From assembly GCA_000385055.1 (NCBI GenBank), contig ARRL01000001.1:292934-356933 (forward strand): DNA of 64,000 bases. The letters run 5' to 3'. Shown here piece by piece: positions 60,686-64,000 of the stretch. A model generated the notes under the pieces. It saw nothing but the letters and a program-made list of their open reading frames with translations, searched no databases and was not told where the DNA came from. This stretch comes from a gamma proteobacterium SCGC AAA168-P09 (GTDB taxonomy: Bacteria > Pseudomonadota > Gammaproteobacteria > Magnimaribacterales > D2472). Position numbers and translations under genes: made by a program. The first letter of the stretch is position 1. The number at the start of each line of letters is the position of its first letter.

Positions 60686-60915
60686 ATTGTCGCCCTACAA
60701 CCCCCATTCCTACAATATTCTATAGTTACACGATAGTTACTAAGTCCTTGTAACTAAAGCATTCCTTAATTCGAGTTACACGAAATCTCCACTATTGCAA
60801 TCTAATAGAAGGCAACGCCTATTTAGGTATGATTTTAAAGAAAGAATCCATATATTATGCTGGAATTTATATGGTACTGAGGGCGAAAAATAGGAATAAA
60901 ATAACTCTCTATAAT

Positions 60916-61323
60916 TTAAGCAAAGATTTGAGAATAAGCCATATAAGCAATAATTAACCACCCAGTCACAAAAATACCAAATCGTACCACTACTATATTA
61001 AATGTTAATTGCCATAGTGAATGGACAATTCTTAAAATTACATATACCCATGCCAATTGAATCATTAAAGCATCAAAATTATTTATAATGGCAATGCATA
61101 TCGTAAGTGCATAAAATGCAACCGGCTGCTCAAAAAGATGATTGTAATTATCTGAAGTTCTTTCCACCCAAGCAGGCATTAATCCTCTTAAGTCTTTTGT
61201 ATGGGCTGCATCCTTCTGCGGATTTTTAGTGTATTTAAATCTGCCATAAGCCATTATTAAAAAAATAGTAAAAGTCCAAAGTACTAAAACCAATACCGGT
61301 GTTAAAAGTGCTGTCTGATTCAT
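60916..61323 (-). CDS. MAPEG-family membrane protein, cassette 4 cargo
   Basis: R...NYNHLFEQPV.FY, LAW.YV.LRI.HS, three to four TM segments. Confidence 0.85.
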   Translation of the reverse strand: MNQTALLTPVLVLVLWTFTIFLIMAYGRFKYTKNPQKDAAHTKDLRGLMPAWVERTSDNYNHLFEQPVAFYALTICIAIINNFDALMIQLAWVYVILRIVHSLWQLTFNIVVVRFGIFVTGWLIIAYMAYSQIFA

Positions 61324-61559
61324 AATTTTTTCCTCTACCTTATTAACAATAACAGAGATGTAAATATTTGAAAAGGGTATGTTTGGAGTAGGGCATTAAG
61401 GTTACAATGTTTGTAACTTACAAGTCGCTAAGTTACTGATACAACAGAGGAATTGGTTTAATGGGTAGAACAAAAAAAGAAGGTAAGAGTTACACGAAAG
61501 TTACACGCTTTTATTTTCGTGCTTGTAGCCCTTTGTCTATACGGCTCTATAAATCAGCG

Positions 61560-61577
61560 ACTATTGAGTGGGAGTAA
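61560..61577 (+). repeat. att core copy 5 (ACTATTGAGTGGGAGTAA), right boundary of the array
   Basis: Reads TIEWE*; followed after 12 bp by the NCS2 permease stop codon, with no arm motifs beyond it. Confidence 0.93.
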
Positions 61578-61589
61578 ATTCTTTCTAAA

Positions 61590-62891
61590 TTAATCTAGCA
61601 CAATAAATTTTAATAAGAAAATTAAAAAAAGAAACCAGGCTCCAAAACTAATATCTGATTTTTTTCCTGCAGCAAATTTAAGCACAACGTAACTAATAAA
61701 CCCTATAGCTATTCCATTGGCTATAGAGAAGGTTAAAGGAATCATAATAATCATAATTAAAGCTGGCAATAGTTCGGTATTATCCGACCAATCAAGTTTC
61801 TCCATGCCGCCTAGCATTAAAATTGCAACATAAATAAGAGCCCCTGCTGTTGCATAACTTGGAACCATAGATGCAAGAGGTGAGAAGAAAATTGCTATTA
61901 AGAAAAATATACCTACTGTTATTGCAGTTAATCCCGTTCTTCCGCCAGCCTCTACACCTGCTGAACTCTCAACATAACTTGTAACAGGCGAACAGCCAAA
62001 AAATGATCCAGCAACACTGGCAGTGCTATCGGCCTTTAAAGCCCTATCAAGATTTTTTATTTTTCCCGATTCATCTATCAAGTTTGCTCGAGATGCAACA
62101 CCAAGTAGGGTGCCAGCAGTATCAAATAAATTAACAAAAAGAAAAGAAATAATAACGCTTATCATTGCAACGTCTAATGCTCCAACAATATCTAATTTCA
62201 TCAACGTTGGCATCAAATCTGGTGGAGAAGAAACGAAGCCATTAAAATTAATTAACCCAAGCAATAACCCTGAAATAGTAACAGTGAGAACTCCAATGAT
62301 TATCGCACCAGTTACTTTTCTTATAGCCAGTATTAAAATCAAAAGAAAACCAACAGCTGCAAGCAAGGTTTCAATATTTTTAAAATTACCCATACTTAAA
62401 AAAGTTGCTTCATTTTGAATGATAATCCCACCTGTTTTTAAGCCAATAAAACCCACAAATAAGCCAACACCTGCTCCCATAGCAATCCTAAGATTCATAG
62501 GAATACTATTAAGCATCCACTGTCTTAAGGGAGTAACGCTGATGATTACAAATAAAATACCAGCTAAAAAGACTGCTCCAAGAGCTACCTCCCAGGAATA
62601 ACCCATTTCTCCAACAACTGTATAAGTAAAGAAAGCATTTAACCCCATCCCTGGAGCTAAACCAACAGGCCAGTTTGCATAAAGACCCATTGCAAAACAT
62701 GCAATAGCAGCAGCAATGCATGTTCCAACAAAACTTGCTCCATAATCCATGCCACTTGATGCCATCATTTGTGGATTAACAAAGATAATGTAAGCCATTG
62801 TTATAAAAGTGGTGAAACCAGCTAAGAATTCTTGTTTAATGGAAGTGCGGTTTAATTTAAGCTGAAAGGTTTTTTCTAAAAATTTTTCCAT
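61590..62891 (-). CDS. NCS2/AzgA-family purine permease
   Basis: E..AG.TTF.TMAYIIFVNP, LAPGMGLNAFF, FVNLFDT.GT, TSYVES.AGV.AGGRTGL. Confidence 0.93.
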   Translation of the reverse strand: MEKFLEKTFQLKLNRTSIKQEFLAGFTTFITMAYIIFVNPQMMASSGMDYGASFVGTCIAAAIACFAMGLYANWPVGLAPGMGLNAFFTYTVVGEMGYSWEVALGAVFLAGILFVIISVTPLRQWMLNSIPMNLRIAMGAGVGLFVGFIGLKTGGIIIQNEATFLSMGNFKNIETLLAAVGFLLILILAIRKVTGAIIIGVLTVTISGLLLGLINFNGFVSSPPDLMPTLMKLDIVGALDVAMISVIISFLFVNLFDTAGTLLGVASRANLIDESGKIKNLDRALKADSTASVAGSFFGCSPVTSYVESSAGVEAGGRTGLTAITVGIFFLIAIFFSPLASMVPSYATAGALIYVAILMLGGMEKLDWSDNTELLPALIMIIMIPLTFSIANGIAIGFISYVVLKFAAGKKSDISFGAWFLFLIFLLKFIVLD

Positions 62892-63068
62892 AATTTTACT
62901 AGATTATAATTTACATAATCATTCTACAATGCATAATGTTAGATTACTTAACATACTTGCTCTTTACACCATTTTTTGGCATGTAAATTGCTTTTTATAA
63001 TAATATAAACAACTTAATTATGTGCTGCACTAAAGTTTTTACCATAAGCACAAGGGGATATTAAACCA

Positions 63069-64000
63069 ATGAAAATTTTAAAATTGCATTCAGTAATATA
63101 TTTATCACTGTTTTTTTTGTTTAATTTTGATGCTCAAGCACAAAGTTCAGCTATTGAAGAGGTGATTGTTTCTGCAGAAAAAAGAGATGAAAGTCTTCAA
63201 GATGTTTCCTTGTCTGTAACAGCATTAACAGAGCAGGAACTTGAAATTAAAAATATTACTGATTTTGTAGGACTAAGTGCAATAGCGCCAGGTGTTACCG
63301 TTGCTAAAAATGAAGGATATAAAACAATTATCTCTATAAGAGGTGTTGGTGATGAAACCAATCAAAACGCTATTGCGGCACCCTCTGTAGCGCTTCACAT
63401 GGATGGTATCTTTGTTGCTTCTAAGTTCTCACTAAGAACAGATTTTATTGACTTAGAAAGAATTGAGGTATTACGTGGTCCACAGGGCACTTTGTTTGGT
63501 CAAAATTCAACTGGCGGAACTATTAATATTATTAGTCAGAAACCATCTTTTGATGAAGCTAAAGGAAAAGCAGATATAGCTCTTGGAAATTATGGTCTAG
63601 TAAAACTTAGAGGTGCATTAAACTTGCCATTAACTGAAAAAGTTGCAACAAGAATGTCATTTGTTTCAACTGATAGGGATGGTTTTAGTAAAAATATTTT
63701 GAATAATCAAGATTTAGATGATGCTAATCATACTAGCTTCAGATCAGATTGGTTTTTTGACATATCTGAAAATACTTCCTTAAGGGTTTTTGGTCAATTT
63801 TTTGACGCAGATAATAATGGAGCTGCTATGAAGGGTTTGGATGATCCAACTCCAAATCCCAGAATGCTAGCACAGGATTCTTCATCTGATTATGAGCTTT
63901 CCTCTGAAATTATTGCAGGTATATTAAATGTAGAACTTGGCTTTGCTGATTTAAAAATACTTGCTAGCTCACAAGAAGATGATATATACGTTAGCAGAGA
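63069..64000 (+). CDS. TonB-dependent receptor, N-terminal part (runs off the window; absent from the ORF track)
   Basis: MKILKLHS... signal peptide, IEEVIVSAEKRDESLQDV, plug motif ERIEVLRGPQGTLFGQNSTGG.INI. Confidence 0.93.
   Translation, partial: MKILKLHSVIYLSLFFLFNFDAQAQSSAIEEVIVSAEKRDESLQDVSLSVTALTEQELEIKNITDFVGLSAIAPGVTVAKNEGYKTIISIRGVGDETNQNAIAAPSVALHMDGIFVASKFSLRTDFIDLERIEVLRGPQGTLFGQNSTGGTINIISQKPSFDEAKGKADIALGNYGLVKLRGALNLPLTEKVATRMSFVSTDRDGFSKNILNNQDLDDANHTSFRSDWFFDISENTSLRVFGQFFDADNNGAAMKGLDDPTPNPRMLAQDSSSDYELSSEIIAGILNVELGFADLKILASSQEDDIYVSR

Larger units (their letters stand above)
60668..61577. mobile_element. guaA-array cassette 4 (892 bp), AGTTACACG-type ends
   Basis: Cores 4 and 5; AGTTACACG at 60724, 60774, 61488 and 61499. 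Confidence 0.75.

Noticed and set aside
58341-61507. Classical integron attC sites
   Set aside because: GTTACAA/GTTACAC do not fit GTTRRRY, there are no RYYYAAC...GTTRRRY long hairpins, and no intI. The geometry fits lambda/P4-type arm sites better.
57779-61577. CRISPR array interpretation of the five core repeats
   Set aside because: Intervals are 0.5-1.4 kb, contain genes and vary widely; the repeat equals the guaA 3' end; no cas genes in the window.
62892-63068. Purine riboswitch upstream of the NCS2 permease
   Set aside because: No match by eye to the purine-riboswitch core. A covariance-model (Rfam/Infernal) search would be needed to exclude it formally.

Overview
AT-rich, tightly packed chromosomal window from a streamlined Gammaproteobacterium. 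SAR86-like affinity is inferred from gene order, composition and gene content and was not tested. Core blocks are serC(3' end)-pheA-hisC-tyrA-aroA-cmk-rpsA-ihfB-pyrF-pgi-uvrC-pgsA, then infC-rpmI-rplT-pheS-pheT...ihfA-tRNA-Pro, then phr-fhs-aldehyde dehydrogenase-fumC-phhB-guaB-guaA, an NCS2 permease and the start of a TonB-dependent receptor. A surface-polysaccharide island of about 20 kb (11.1-31.8 kb) is threaded through tRNA-Cys and tRNA-Leu. It carries rfaH with an ops-like site, a MarR-type regulator, wzz/wzx/wzy, a NeuA/NeuB plus KdnA/KdnB-like nonulosonate module and two pseudogenes. Further envelope genes lie at 36.4-41.7 kb and 44.4-47.3 kb. The standout is 57.8-61.6 kb. The last codons of guaA (TIEWE*) occur five times and separate four small cassettes (494, 984, 1411 and 892 bp), each with one main cargo gene and no integrase. 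The cassette ends show att-like architecture with conserved geometry: paired 11-bp-period arm repeats, the second always 61 bp before the core, and IHF-like palindromes. In cassettes 2-4 both ends share a cassette-specific motif variant. This looks like a non-autonomous gene-cassette array at guaA, integron-like in layout and probably mobilised in trans (inference).
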